A stretch of 64,000 nt of DNA from positions 75,206,001-75,270,000 of the forward strand of contig OZ024745.1 in the NCBI GenBank assembly GCA_964016885.1, read 5' to 3'. The stretch is from Eledone cirrhosa (taxonomy: Eukaryota). A program made the position numbers and the translations under genes. Positions 1-13,678 of this stretch are shown here, piece after piece (the stretch's first letter is position 1; each line of letters starts with the position of its first letter). The notes under the pieces are model-generated. The model made no database searches and was not told the DNA's origin. It was given only the letters and a program-made list of their open reading frames with translations.

Positions 1-456
1 CTATTATGCAGTTGGATAGGTTCCTGTTTTTGTTGCACTCACTGATTCTGCTGAGGAGGTCCTCTGTACTGTCACATACATCCGGGGACATCTTGATTAT
101 GGGGCGTATAACCATTGAGAGGAAGTAGGAGATCCTGTAGTTGCTAGCTATATTAGCTCCGCATACGGGTCTTGTTGGTGGTCCTGTTGTCGAGTCGTCG
201 ACTGTCTTGTGGTTTTGCGGAGCCCATACAAGGGTGGTATGCCATTGTTAGACGCCTGGAAGTTGTTGGCAGTGCGTCTGCTTGGCTTTAGGATGTCAGT
301 CCACATCATCATGTGAGCGTTGAGGATTTTCTCTCTCCCATCGTGTGTTTGTTGTGCAATTTCGCTCGTGTTGGTGATGTGGGGTTGCATAGCCTTGATG
401 TAGTTCTGTATGCTATCTATTGACATCCTACCAGACTTATCCGTGGGTAGACACAG
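1..456 (-). pseudogene. Penelope-like element reverse transcriptase fragment (frameshifted, continues beyond window start)
   Basis: ORF 148-513 gives CLPTDKSG...IPPLYGLRK. After a 1-nt shift near 212 the minus strand continues [19 protein letters not shown]...CDSTEDLLSRI...NCII, matching the Penelope RT pattern DK.G / LYGL.K.HK / P.RP upstream of the first catalytic Asp motif. Confidence 0.8.
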
Positions 457-547
457 AAGCGAAAAGCGAAAACCAACCAAACAGTGAGTGTGTTCTGTTA
501 TTAATTCTGGCAATATTACACAAATATGACCCTCCCCAAGTATAACA

Positions 548-1000
<453 letters not shown>

Positions 1001-1559
1001 ACCCCTGTGGCAAATAAAGAAAGATATCTATCTACCTATTTATATCTGTTCTATTTATTTAATACAAATGAAAAATAATAATTGAAACATGAATGGACAT
1101 TTTCTAAATTATTTTTATACTTGCACTTTTAAAGTTGCCTTATAAATAATTCTTTCTCTTTTAGATCAAATACATGGAGATATATATTAACAAATTAAAA
1201 CTATTATTTGAAAGCTCGGAAAAAATTTAAAATTTACTCAATTTATTTACACATTGAATCATTTTTTGAATTAATTAATTAGTTATATATATATATATAT
1301 ATTTTTTTATCAGAATCTGATTCATAAACTTTAGTTTGTACTCTCTCACTCTCACTTTCACCCAGTTCTCTCTCGTTCAGCGCTCTCTTTCTTTCCTCCA
1401 CCCCCTCTCTCTCATCCAGTTGTCTCTTTGTTTTTCTCTCTTTCTCTATCTCACTTAGTTCTCTCTCTCTCTCACTCTCTCTCGCCCAGTTCTCTATTTC
1501 TTTCTCTTTCACTATCTCTCTCAGATCTTATTCTCTCTCTCATCAACATGTTTCTCTCG

Positions 1560-1618
1560 CGCCCTCTCTCTCTCCCCTCCCATCAACACGCTTCTCCTCC
1601 CCCATCAACACGTTTCTC

Positions 1619-1691
<73 letters not shown>

Positions 1692-1800
1692 ACATTTCTC
1701 CTCCCATCGAGACCTCTTTCTCTCTCTCTCACATCTCCTCCCATCAACACTTCTCTCTCTCTCTCCCCCTCTCTCTCAGATCTCCTCCCATCAACACTTC

Positions 1801-1833
<33 letters not shown>

Positions 1834-2451
1834 TCTCTCTCTCTCCCTCTCTCTCTCACATCTCCTCCCATCACCACTTCTCTCTCTCTCTATCCCTCTC
1901 TCTCTCACATCTCCTCCCATCAACACTTCTCTCTCTCTCTCCCGCTCTCTCTCTCACATCTCCCATCAACACTTCTCTCTCTCTCTCGTCCTCTCTCTCT
2001 CACATCTACTCCCATCAACACTTCTCTCTCTCTCCCGCTCTCTCTCTCACATCTCCTCCCATCAACACTTCTCTCTCTCTCTCGTCCTCTCTCTCTCACA
2101 TCTCCTCCCATCAACACTTCTCTCTCTCTCTCCCTTTCTCTCTCACATCTCCTCCCATCAACACTTCTCTCTCTCTCTCTCCCTCTCTCTCCCCTCTCTC
2201 TCTCTCTCTCACATCTCCTCCCATCAACACTTCTCTCTCTCCCTCTCTCTCTCACATCTCCTCCCATCAACACTTCTCTCTCTCTCCCTCTCCCTCTCAC
2301 ATCTCCTCCCATCAACACTTCTCTCTCCCTTTCCCTCTCACATCTCCTCCCATCAACACTTCTCTCTGTCTCTCTCTCTCTCTCTCACATCTCCTCCCAT
2401 CAACACTTCTCTCTCTCTCCCCCCCTCTCTCTCACATCTCTTCCCATCAAC

Positions 2452-2492
<41 letters not shown>

Positions 2493-2769
2493 TCTCTCTC
2501 ACATCTCCTCCCATCAACACTTCTCTCTCTCTCTCTCTCCCTCTCACTCTCTCTCTCTCTCACATCTCCTCCCATCAACACCTCTCTCTCTCTCCCTCTC
2601 CCTCTCACATCTCCTCCCATCAACACTTCTCTCTCCCTTTCCCTCTCACATCTCCTCCCATTAACACTTCTCTCTCTCTCTCGCCCTCTCTCACATTTCC
2701 TCCCATCAACACTTCTCTCTGTCTCCCTCTCTCTCTCTCCCTCTCTCTCTCGTATCTCCTCCCATCAAC

Positions 2770-2806
<37 letters not shown>

Positions 2807-3159
2807 CCTCTCTCTCTCACATCTCCTCCCATCAACACTTCTCTCTCTCTCTCCCCCTCTCTCTCTCACATCTCCTCCCATCAACACTTCTCTCTCTCTC
2901 CCTCTCCCTCTCACATCTCCTCCCAGCAACACTTCTCTCTCTCCCTCTCTCTCTCTCACATCTCCTCCCATCAACACTTCTCTCTCTCTCCCTCTCCCTC
3001 TCACATCTCCTCCCAGCAACACTTCTCTCTCTCCCTCTCTCTCTCTCTCACATCTCCTCCCATCAACACTTCTCTCTCTCTCCCTCTCCCTCTCACATCT
3101 CCTCCCATCAACACTTCTCTCTCTCCCTCTCTCCCTCTCACATCTCCTCCCATTAACAC

Positions 3160-3196
<37 letters not shown>

Positions 3197-3786
3197 ACAT
3201 CTCCTCCCATCAACACTTCTCTCTCTCTCTCCCTCCCTCTCTCACATCTCCTCCCATCAACACTTCTCTCTCTCCCTCTCTCTCTCTCACATCTCCTCCC
3301 ATCAACACCTCTCTCTCTCTCCCTCTTTCTCTCCCATCTCCTCCCATCAACACTTCTGTCTCTCTCCCTCTCTCTCTCACATCTCCCATCAACACTTCTC
3401 TCTCTCTATCTCCCTCTCTCTCTCACATCTCCTCCTATCAACACCTCTCTCTCTCTCTCTCTCACATCTCCTCCCATTAACACTTCTCTCTCTCTCTCTC
3501 CCCCTCTCTCTCTCACATCTCCTCCCATCCACACTTCTCTCTCTCTCCCTCTCTCTCTCACATCTCCTCCCATCAACACTTCTCTCTCTCCCTCTCTCTC
3601 TCACATCTCCTCCCATCAACACTTCTCTCTCTCTGTCTCCCTCTCTCTCTCACATCTCCTCCCATCAACACTTCTCTCTCTCTCTCCCTCTCTCTCTCGT
3701 ATCTCCTCCCATCAACACCTCTCTCTCTCTCTCTCTCTCTCCTCTCTCTCTCCCTCTCTCTCTCTCACATCTCCTCCCATCAACAC

Positions 3787-3817
<31 letters not shown>

Positions 3818-4347
3818 ACATCTCCTCCCATCAACACTTCTCTCTCTCTCTCTCTCTCTCCCTCTCTCTCTCACAATCTCCTCCCATCAACACTTCTCTC
3901 TCTCTCTCCCTCTCTCTCTCACATCTCCTCCCAACAAACATCTCTCTCTCTCTCTCTCCCTCTCTCTCTCTCTCTCTCACACATCTCCTCCCATCAACAC
4001 TTCTCTCTCTCTCCTCTCTCCCCTCTCTCTCACATCTCCTCCCATCAACACTTCTCTCACCCTCTCTCCCTCTCTCTCTCACATCTCCTCCCATTAACAC
4101 TTCTCTCACCCTCTCTCCCTCTCTCTCTCACATCTCCTCCCATCAACACTTCTCTCTCTCTTCCCTCTCCTCTCTCTCACATCTCCTCCTATCAACACTT
4201 CTCTCTCTCTCTCCCTCTCTCTCTCACATCTCCTCCCATTAACACTTCTCTCTCTCTCTCTCTCTCTCTCCCTCTCTCTCTCACATCTCCTCCCATCAAC
4301 ACTTCTCTCTCTCCCTCTCTCTCTCACATCTCCTCCCATCAACACCT
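1560..4347. repeat. Polypyrimidine minisatellite: CACATCTCCTCCCATCAACACTT core separated by variable (CT)n spacers
   Basis: Tens of near-identical cores in tandem over about 2.7 kb; the 889-aa ORF is its translation. Confidence 0.95.
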
Positions 4348-4479
4348 CGTATACATACACCCAATCCATGTATAAAGTCACACTGAAATGTACAGCTCAC
4401 ACCTATGTAGGTGTAGCTGTCTTCCTACAAAGTTGTATGCCAGAGTAACTTTCTTGGCTGTTTAAATGATAGAAACCCC

Positions 4480-4595
4480 ATTCCTATCCTGAAAAGAAGT
4501 GTGAAATGAAGTGTTTTGCCCAAGAACATAACGCGCCGCACTGACTAGGAATCGAACTCACGACCTTATGATCCCGAGCCAACACTCTAACCTCA
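4480..4595 (-). mobile_element. tRNA-derived SINE head (CORE/V-like family), degraded
   Basis: Reverse complement has B-box gtgagttcgattcc followed by ttcttgggcaaaacacttcatttcac, as in copies at 35 kb and 53 kb. Confidence 0.7.
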
Positions 4596-5259
4596 TGATA
4601 AGCCATCGACAGACTTCCTCTCTCACCCCCCCATGGTTGATCTCTCTTTTTCTTTATAGCTTCAACTCTTTCTCTCAGACGTATTTTGTCTCTTTCTTTC
4701 TTTCTTTCTTTCTTTCTCTATAAGTTTATAACTGAGATTAAATACATTCTTTATCTATCCTATTTTTTTTTGTTTGTCTATGTTTATATCTGTCCCTCTG
4801 TCACCCCCACATCTAAACACACCCTCTATAAACATATACATAGTAACACACACATACACACTAACACACACATTCACACGCATACACACTACAAACATAT
4901 TCACACACACACATATACGCAATCACATGCGCACACGCACACACTAACACAATCACACGCACACAGACTCACACACATACACAGACACACACATACACAC
5001 ATACACCACACTAACACACACACACACATGCACACATCACACGCTCCCCCCCCAAACACATATTCACACACACACATCCACACACCACACACACATTAAC
5101 ACACACACACTACAGACTTAAAAATAAAATCAAAGAGGAAGGGGAAAAAAATCGAAAATATAAAATAAAAAAAAGTGTAAAATTGAACATGATGCGTAAA
5201 AAAAGAAAACAGAAAAAGACAAATCTAGGAGGTGGAGAAGAAGAAGTAGAAAAAAAGAA

Positions 5260-5410
5260 GCATTTCCGGTGTGTGAAATATCTCGGAAGTAAATAGAATA
5301 TTAAGGACGTATGCGATGTTGGCGACCGGAAGACGGTCGTTCTGTAGGCGGAAGTAATTTTGCACGTCAACTGACTTTGTTGACGTTCAACGAAGCACAG
5401 CCAATGCACG
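5260..5410. promoter_or_regulatory. Candidate promoter/enhancer: four ETS-type (C)CGGAA(G) sites, inverted ACGTCA/TGACGT pair, CCAAT
   Basis: ttccgg 5264, cggaagt 5284, ccggaag 5326, cggaagt 5349, acgtca 5364, tgacgt 5381, ccaat 5401; CpG-rich unique island between microsatellites. Confidence 0.45.
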
Positions 5411-5759
5411 CATATCAACATAACTTACTGATGGAGGCATTGCATCTCCCCCCACTCTCTCTTCTCATCTCTCTTCTCCTCCTCCTCCTCCCCTTCCTCC
5501 TCTTCCTCGCCCTCACCCTCACGTAAAGCCATACAGGTAACTTAAAACCTTTTACTGGAAACTTCCTTTCTCCTCCCGCTTCTTTTGTGTATGTGTTTGG
5601 TGTAGTGTGTTGCATGTGTGGCGTGGTCTGTGTGTGTGTAGTGTGTGTGTGTAGTGTGTGTTTGTATATGTCTGTGTTTGTATATGTGTGTGTGTGTGGT
5701 GTGTTCAGAGTGTGTGTTTGTGTATGTGTGAATGTGTTGTGTATGTAAATATATATATA

Positions 5760-5853
<94 letters not shown>

Positions 5854-5860
5854 ATATATA

Positions 5861-5968
<108 letters not shown>

Positions 5969-6189
5969 CGTGTGCGTGTGTGTGTGTGTGCGACTGAAAC
6001 AAGACAAAATAGGAATCCCAATAAGATATCCCATATTGTTATTATACAGTTCTAGTTCCGTAGAAGCCATTTCTATATGAAATTAGTTGCATATATTCTA
6101 CTAATGTATTCAGTACCTTACTGCGGTTACCGCCGATTGAACCCGGGACTCGCATATATATACATACATAAATACATACATACATAGAT

Positions 6190-6278
<89 letters not shown>

Positions 6279-6727
6279 GTAGAATAATCGAGAATCGGAA
6301 TATCAGCCCACGAAATCACGATAAACAATATCCGATATATGTGGCAGAGGGCTCAATAATTTGGAAAAATCAGAGCTATAACTATCGTTAAAATACCAAC
6401 ACATAGAGGTCATGTCTAAAATCACCCATGCAGCCGAAAAATATACATATATACATATACACACCGTTATATATATATATATTGTATGTCCTTTGTGTTT
6501 GTGTAGCCTCTGCACCATACTATCGACGCCACCCCATCCATGGTTCAGCTAACCACTCGACTCCCGGGAATGAATATGACCGCAGCTAGTAAACAAGGAC
6601 CCACACCCCACCCTCCCGCACCAAAATTAGACTTATCGTCCCCTACTTTTGCTCTTTACTCTCTTTACTCTTTGTTCTTGAAGGTTTGGTTGGTAGAGTC
6701 CATAACACCAATCAAACCCCTTTTATA

Positions 6728-6772
6728 GCTCTGACGAATCCTACGGTTACGTAAGGAAGAAACATTGTAAGC
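6728..6772 (+). ncRNA. Minimal type I hammerhead ribozyme (Penelope-type)
   Basis: gct CTGACGA a-tcc-tacg-gtta-cgta-a-gga-a GAAA cattg TA agc, followed by AATAAA at 6774. Confidence 0.7.
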
Positions 6773-8049
6773 CAATAAAAATCTTTTGATGTTGTAGACG
6801 CTCTTGTGTTCTTTATCATATACACACATATATATATAATCGAACTATATACTCATTAAATCAACGTATAAATAGTTGAATATTCCCATAAATACATGTT
6901 CCCTTAACATAATTCTAAGGAAGAATCAGCTTGATACATGTTGAATTACAGATACAATCCCTCTGAGGGCTAGCACATACTTTCTGTCTACCTAATTTCA
7001 CCCACAAGCCAGATTGAAATTTATCTTTGATCCTTCCTACCGGGAATTATACAATAAATAATACAAAATATTGGCGCCTATTTAATCGATCATTCCGTCC
7101 CCTAAAATGTGTGACATTGAACTAATGTTGGCAGTCCTAATTATTGTTTACTAATATCTGTTGTTGAACCCATTTCACTCCCTTTCCCCCCTCTTCCATT
7201 CTCTTCTTGTTTCCCCCACTCTCGTTCTGTAGTTTTCTCTTTCTCCTCTTCTTTATTCTCAAATCTTCTTTTTTCTTCTCTTTTTACTCCTTGCCCTTTG
7301 TCTTTTATCCCTTAGAATCGGCAGGTAGCAGAAACTATCTTGTTAGGCTCCATAATCCAACCATATTCCTTTGACGAAAGTCTGAAGTTTTCCATATTTC
7401 CAGCGTTAAATTGTTTGCTCATTTTTCTATGCTTTCTTTTTCAGTAATTTAGTTCTCGACAGAGCTGTTCTGCTAGAAAACGGGTTGTAGGTGGCGGATA
7501 CCAATACGGCCACCAGATATGATAGTTAGCTGCGATATAAGGAGGCATTTGCCGGACGAATAAGCAACCCCAGACCAACAGCGGTAAGCTACTAGGGCAA
7601 TAAGTGACACCTTTAGCCCCCAAGAAAACTCTCACAACTCAGTGATGTAACTACAACAAGGCGAGTAAAGTCTGCCTCTAAAAAAAAAAGCGTAATCTTC
7701 GAGGGTTTGAGAAAGTACAAGATTGGTGACTGGAATGAATAAAACCACCCAAACTACAATATTGTAAAAAAAAGAATAATATCGCATTGTCCTTCGCTAT
7801 TTAATCGCGCAAACTAGACTTGTAGGTGCACCACCACTTTAATGCGCAAAATTGCACACCAGCATGTAACTGGCTAGGTAGAGATGCAGTAATCTGTTCG
7901 CCTTATGTAACAGTTTTTCTATGTGCATTTTTTTTGCTGATACTATATAATATATATATATAAACAAATAGTAGAAAGGTAAAAGACTTTTTCTGTAGAC
8001 AATGTTGAAAAGATATTTATAGTGAAATTTCAAAGCATTAATTTATTTA

Positions 8050-8085
8050 CAATACCGGTTTCAGCATTAGATGCATTGTCAATTG
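8050..8085 (-). ncRNA. Minimal type I hammerhead, U3-A8 core variant
   Basis: Minus strand caa TTGACAA t-gca-tctaa-tgc-t GAAA ccgg TA ttg, then AATAAA. Confidence 0.7.
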
Positions 8086-8249
8086 CGGATATGCAGAATA
8101 TTGTTAAGTTGCATATTTGTATAAATAGTGAAAATAATGATAACAACAAAAAAAAAACAAAAAACAAAACAAAATATAGGGAGGGGAAGAAAAGTTAATT
8201 TTCACATACGTGATCCTTCATTATTTTCACAATTTGTACAAATATACGA

Positions 8250-8340
<91 letters not shown>

Positions 8341-8342
<2 letters not shown>

Positions 8343-8965
8343 GAATGTATATATAGTGTATTTTGAAATACACTGTATGCTTAATTAAAAGCATTTTGAA
8401 GACCATACGCTATTGTTTTAAAGTAGCGACATTGTTGCTTACTTAAATTTTCGGCAGACAGGGGGAGATAAGTTGACAGCTCTGTTTCGTACTTTTTGGT
8501 ACTTATCAAAACTCACCACTCTCCCCGTCTGCCGAAAATTATGTGTGTTGGATTCTTATAGAATTTCAGTAACAATCAGGAACTGATTTTACAGGGCGGT
8601 TGCCGGCCCAGCAGAAATTGAAAATTAGAATTGGTGCTCTGAAATAGCGATATATATATGAATGTATATATAGTGTATTTTGCAGACGGGGAGAGTAGTG
8701 AGTTTTGATAAGTACCCAAAAGTACGAAACAGCGTATGGTCTTTAAAATGCTTTTAATTAAGCATACAGTTTATTGCAAAATACACTATATATACATTCA
8801 TATATATATATCGCTATTTCAGAGCACCAACTCTAATTTTCAATTTCTGCTGGGCTGGCGACCGCTCTGTAAAATCAGTTCCTGATTGTTACTGGAATTC
8901 TATAAGAATCCAACACACATAATTTTCGTAGAAGCGGAGAGTAGTGAGTTTTGATAAGTACCAAA
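8341..8965. mobile_element. Retrozyme-like 317 bp unit plus inverted partial-tandem copy
   Basis: atgaatgtatatatagtgtattttg recurs at 8341 and 8658; 8682-8965 is the reverse complement of the unit with an internal deletion; flanked by (TA)n. Confidence 0.75.
8446..8540 (-). ncRNA. Type I hammerhead with extended stem I, U3-A8 core
   Basis: agtt TTGATAA gtac-caaaaa-gtac GAAA cag-ag-ctg TC aact (8471-8513), enclosed by aattttcggcagac / gtctgccgaaaatt. Confidence 0.8.
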
Positions 8966-9176
8966 ATAAATATAAGTACCAAAATATATATATGTCACAT
9001 AAGAAACGGAGAATCATATTACAATCGTTTCTCTGGCGATCAGCTCGAGGCACGATCGATGCAATGATCAAACCTGACTCTGAAATCGCAAGATCCTCGG
9101 ATATGTCTCGATTCTACGAAGCAAAATTTCCAAAATTATATATATATATATATTGTATTATATTATATATATATGT

Positions 9177-9454
<278 letters not shown>

Positions 9455-9904
9455 CTCAGATTGTACTACTTGGATCTATTATGATATCACATTATCAACA
9501 TCATCATCATTATAATTATAATTATAATTATAATTGTCATCATCTATCAAAGAACAACATCAAAACCTCTTATATTTACATTCTTATTTTATATATCTCT
9601 ATTTTTCACTCTCTATCTTTATATTTCTCTCCCTAAATTTATTTCATCTCTGTCATTTTATTTTATCATATAATATAACTTAAAACTAATTAATTTATTT
9701 ATTTATTAAAATAACCAATACACACATAAATATATTTAACATTATCATATATTCACCTTATTATCTCTCCATATATTTCAAAAATTCTGAAAACCATTCT
9801 CAATAATTTTAATATGTTTAAATATTCTTCGCACATTTTTACTCCTTTAACGTATTTATTTTTATTCTTCATTTTACACATTTTATACCATTTTATATCA
9901 CATT

Positions 9905-9952
<48 letters not shown>

Positions 9953-10299
9953 TCAATTTTTTTAAAATGTATTTTTTTAATATATTTTTCATATATTTTT
10001 TATATATCTATTTTTATTTTTATTTACCTTTATTCATGTATTAACGTTTATTCATTTATTTGTCCCTCTATTCTTCTTTCTATCCTACGTTATTTCTACT
10101 TATGTTTGTCTCTCCTCATCTTCTATATATCTTCTCTTTATATTTCTATCTATAATAATTTCTCCTTTTTCTTCTTCTTTCTCTTTTTCTTTTTCTTTTT
10201 TCTTCTTCTTCTTTCTCCTTCCTTTCCTTTCTTTCTTTACTGTATCTATCTCCCTTTCTTCCTCCTTTTCTCTTTATATCTTTATTATTAATATTATTA

Positions 10300-10483
10300 G
10301 TGGATTGGCAGTATCGGCAGAGCGTCGGACGCCATGCTTTGACGCATAGAGTTACGGCCCTTGCCATTCTGAGTTCAAATCCCGCCGAGGTTAACTTTGC
10401 CTTTCATCCTTATGGGGTCTATAAAATAAAGTACCACTGGGTAATGGCTGGCCTTGTGCCAAAAGTAGAAACAATTATTATTG
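10300..10483 (+). mobile_element. tRNA-derived SINE with Deu/Nin-like domain
   Basis: B-box gagttcaaatccc then gcctttcatccttatggggtctataaaataaagtacca; (att)n tail. Confidence 0.85.
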
Positions 10484-10720
10484 ATGATGCAATTTGAATT
10501 TGTAAATTTGCCGGCTACATATATTTTTTTTTAACAGTTTCCGAGGATCTGATTGAGCTAACATCGTATTTAAAATTGAGTGGCACTGCTTTTAGTGTTC
10601 AGCAATTTTTAGACAACTTTATCAGTGAAACAATTGTTAGATTGCAAATAAATCCCTCTTTTTGTACTGTTGACCATGTTAATCTCCACTTTTTCAATTA
10701 TATATATATATATATATATA

Positions 10721-11050
10721 AATATAGACATAGAATATTCGAAAATATTCTGTATGTTTATAATAAACATTTTGAAGACCTAATCGCTATAGAATAGAAT
10801 ACGTCACGTATTACAATTAGATTCTCGATAAAAGCAAGGGAAGTAATCTACGCGTTTCATTCTTATTAGAAATCTTCAGGACTACATATCCAGTGCTTTT
10901 ATCGAGAATGACACAGCTAGAGACTTATAGAATACTTAGCTGTGTACAGGAACTGGTTTGAAAGAGCGGTTGCCGGTCCGGCAGAAATTAGAAATTGGAA
11001 TAAATGCTCTGAAATAGCGATATATATGTGAATATAGACATAGAATATTC
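10721..11050 (-). mobile_element. Retrozyme-like 310 bp unit with 20 bp terminal direct repeat; divergent relative of the 8341 unit
   Basis: aatatagacatagaatattc at 10721 and 11031; shares cattttgaagacc, cttatagaat, caggaactg, gcggttgccgg, gctctgaaatagcgatatatat with the 8341 unit. Confidence 0.75.
10821..10909 (-). ncRNA. Type I hammerhead with canonical core and extended stem I
   Basis: gtagtc CTGAAGA t-ttct-aata-agaa-t GAAA cgcg TA gattac (10843-10885), enclosed by attctcgataaaagca / tgcttttatcgagaat. Confidence 0.82.
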
Positions 11051-11352
11051 ACGGGTTGTTTCGGTTTACCCCACGGGGCATATATAGTCATCAAGGTATG
11101 TTGTCTGATCCCTAGAACCCGTTTCGCCTCTCTGGTCGGCGCACGCTCCGCCGCATGCCTTTAGCCTAGGCTTCCCGGTGAACTCCATGCGGAGAGTGTG
11201 CACCATCTCTGGTGTCCGCACGTCATGATTATTTCCGATTTCAGGTTGACCGCATCATCCTTCAATCTGACTATCCCCATGGCCTCGTATAGGCATAGCC
11301 TACACTTTCTGTTTCCAGCCGAGTATGCATTCGCGTGCTAGACGATACTCCA

Positions 11353-11392
<40 letters not shown>

Positions 11393-11709
11393 TCCCTAAA
11401 ACCACATTCCAATAATAGAATTTCTCCTACAATCCTCCTGCTGCTTCTACAGAACTTACCTCTAACTTACAATCCCCTATCTCCTTTTGAACTATTGACC
11501 ACTCAATTAACACAATACACACAGAGAGGATGTTTTTCAAAACACAACTTTCTTCTGTGAAGATAAATAAGTACTACTGCCTTCTCTTACCACCCAATTT
11601 TTGAGCAAGGAGGATGGAAGAAAATTTACTCCGAACATTTGATTTTAATTTTAAATCCTTAGTTTTTAACTCCTATTAATTCTTTTTAATTTTTATTTCA
11701 ACACTCAAC

Positions 11710-11751
11710 ATTTGATAAGATGGATTTTAATAATACATCGAAACCGGTAAT
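11710..11751 (+). ncRNA. Minimal hammerhead, U3-A8 core, weak stem I
   Basis: at TTGATAA gatg-gattttaataata-catc GAAA ccgg TA at. Confidence 0.55.
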
Positions 11752-11984
11752 TTTTCATATAATTTATATAAATTATAAAACTGAAAATTTTTCAATAATG
11801 TAATCTTTTCAATAAAAAAAAAGAATTTGTCAATAATGTTATTTTTTCCATAATGTCACTTTGACGAATCAAAAAAGAAAAACAAACCCTTAAATATATT
11901 TTCCGTGCTATTTCCAACTTCACCTTTTCTCTATATCCAGTGTTTTGTATAGAATCCTTACTTCCCTTTTCTAATATATATATA

Positions 11985-12642
11985 TATAGGAGAAAGTATG
12001 ACCCCGACGGCAGAGCTCAAGCCATCTCGACGGCTATTTCTCGACTAAATAGTCGTCGAAACGGCGGGGTCATACTTTCTCCTATTACCCACTCTATTAC
12101 CCTAAGTATTGAGTACTCTGGTGCGTTGTGGTCCATCTGGTTCCTTGCCACAACTCTTCGTTATATATATATATATAGTGACGAAACATAAGTCAATTGC
12201 ATGAACTCATAATCCTTTATTTACTGCTATATATATTTCGATGATAGCCATTGAATGGCTATGACCTCATCAGGCAGTTAGTCAGTTCTTAGATATGCCA
12301 GCTCTGTGTTTATAGTGTTGATGGTATCAGAGTCTTGGGACATATGAGCTTGTTAGGAATAATTTAATGTTGTCAGCAGGAATAGTCTTGATTCTCATTG
12401 GTCAGTTTGTAGATGGTAGTAGGGTTGGTATTTGACCTCAAAGGAATTGTGGTAAGGAACCAGATGGACCATAACGCACCAGAGTACTCAATACTTAGGG
12501 TAGTAGAGTGGGAAATAGGAAAAAGTATGACCCCAACGGCAGAGCTCAAGCCGTTTCGACGGCTATTTCTGGACTAAATTTAGTACAGAAATAGCCGTCG
12601 AAACGGCTTGAGCTCTGCCGTTGGGGTCATACTTTTTCCTAT
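11985..12642. repeat. Fold-back element: inverted arms about 11985-12155 and 12445-12642, each ending in a hairpin
   Basis: Near-perfect 128 bp palindrome at 12515-12642; cccactctattaccctaagtattgagtactctggtgcgtt present in both orientations. Confidence 0.85.
12223..12278 (-). ncRNA. Minimal type I hammerhead, canonical core
   Basis: actgc CTGATGA ggtca-tagcca-ttcaa-tggcta-tcatc GAAA tatata TA gcagt, then AATAAA. Confidence 0.78.
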
Positions 12643-12644
12643 AA

Positions 12645-12727
12645 ATATAATATATATATAAACTTCAATACTCTCTTATATATATATATATATATAATAT
12701 ATATATATTATATATTATATATATATA

Positions 12728-12779
<52 letters not shown>

Positions 12780-12852
12780 ATATATATTATATATATATTA
12801 TATATATATTATATATATATATATTATATATATATATATAATATATATATAT

Positions 12853-12887
<35 letters not shown>

Positions 12888-13145
12888 ATATATATATATA
12901 TAATATATATATATATATAATATATATTATATATATATATTATATATATATATATATATTATATATATATATATATATAATATATATATATATATAATAT
13001 ATATATTATATATATATATATATATAATATATATATATATTATATATATATATATTATATATATATATATATATATAATATATATATATATTATATATAT
13101 ATATATATATATAATATATATATATATTATATATATATATATTAT

Positions 13146-13190
<45 letters not shown>

Positions 13191-13223
13191 TATATAATAT
13201 ATATATATACAATATATATATAT
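12645..13223. repeat. Interrupted (TA)n microsatellite
   Basis: Directly visible. Confidence 0.97.
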
Positions 13224-13412
13224 AATTGTTTCTACTTTAGGCACAAGGCCAGCAATTACCCAGTGCATTACTGGTACTTTATTTTATCGACCCCGTAAGG
13301 ATGAAAGGCAAAGTCAACCTCGGCGGGATTTGAACTCAGATCGTAAAGGGACATAACTATGCTGGAAAGCATGGCGTCCGACCCTCTACCGATACTGCCA
13401 ATCCACCGTCCT
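13224..13412 (-). mobile_element. Deu/Nin-like SINE; partial 3' duplicate at 13478-13550
   Basis: Reverse complement of the 10300 and 26245 copies. Confidence 0.85.
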
Positions 13413-13552
13413 CCACAATATATATATATAATATATATACAATATATATATATAATATATATACAATATATATATATAATTGTTTCTACTTTTGGCACAA
13501 GGCCAGCAATTAGGCAGTGTATTACTGGTACTTTATTTTATCGACCCCGTAT

Positions 13553-13583
<31 letters not shown>

Positions 13584-13678
13584 ATATATAATATACATAT
13601 ATAATATATATATATATAATATATAATCTGTTATGTTAATAAATATTAGCTCTACGGTTCTTATATATTTGATATATT

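Noticed and set aside
1428-4097. 889-aa Ser/Leu-rich ORF
   Set aside because: Translation of a pyrimidine minisatellite that lacks stop codons by composition.
1690-4347. CRISPR-like repeat-spacer appearance
   Set aside because: Spacers are (CT)n rather than unique, context is eukaryotic, and no cas genes are present.
8701-8732. Plus-strand HHR in the inverted copy
   Set aside because: Deletion after GAAACAG removes stem III closure and the 3' strand of stem I; not listed as an intact ribozyme.
9018-9073. TTGATCA...GAAA cgattg TA (minus), and similar TTGAACA at about 48831
   Set aside because: Positions 3 and 8 not complementary and stem I minimal; possible relics only.
10300-10400. tRNA gene suggested by A/B boxes
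   Set aside because: No cloverleaf; continues into a SINE body found many times in the window.
10960-10990. gcggttgccggtccggcag as a twister ribozyme core
   Set aside because: Could not place the required P1 and pseudoknot pairings by eye; kept only as a conserved family motif.
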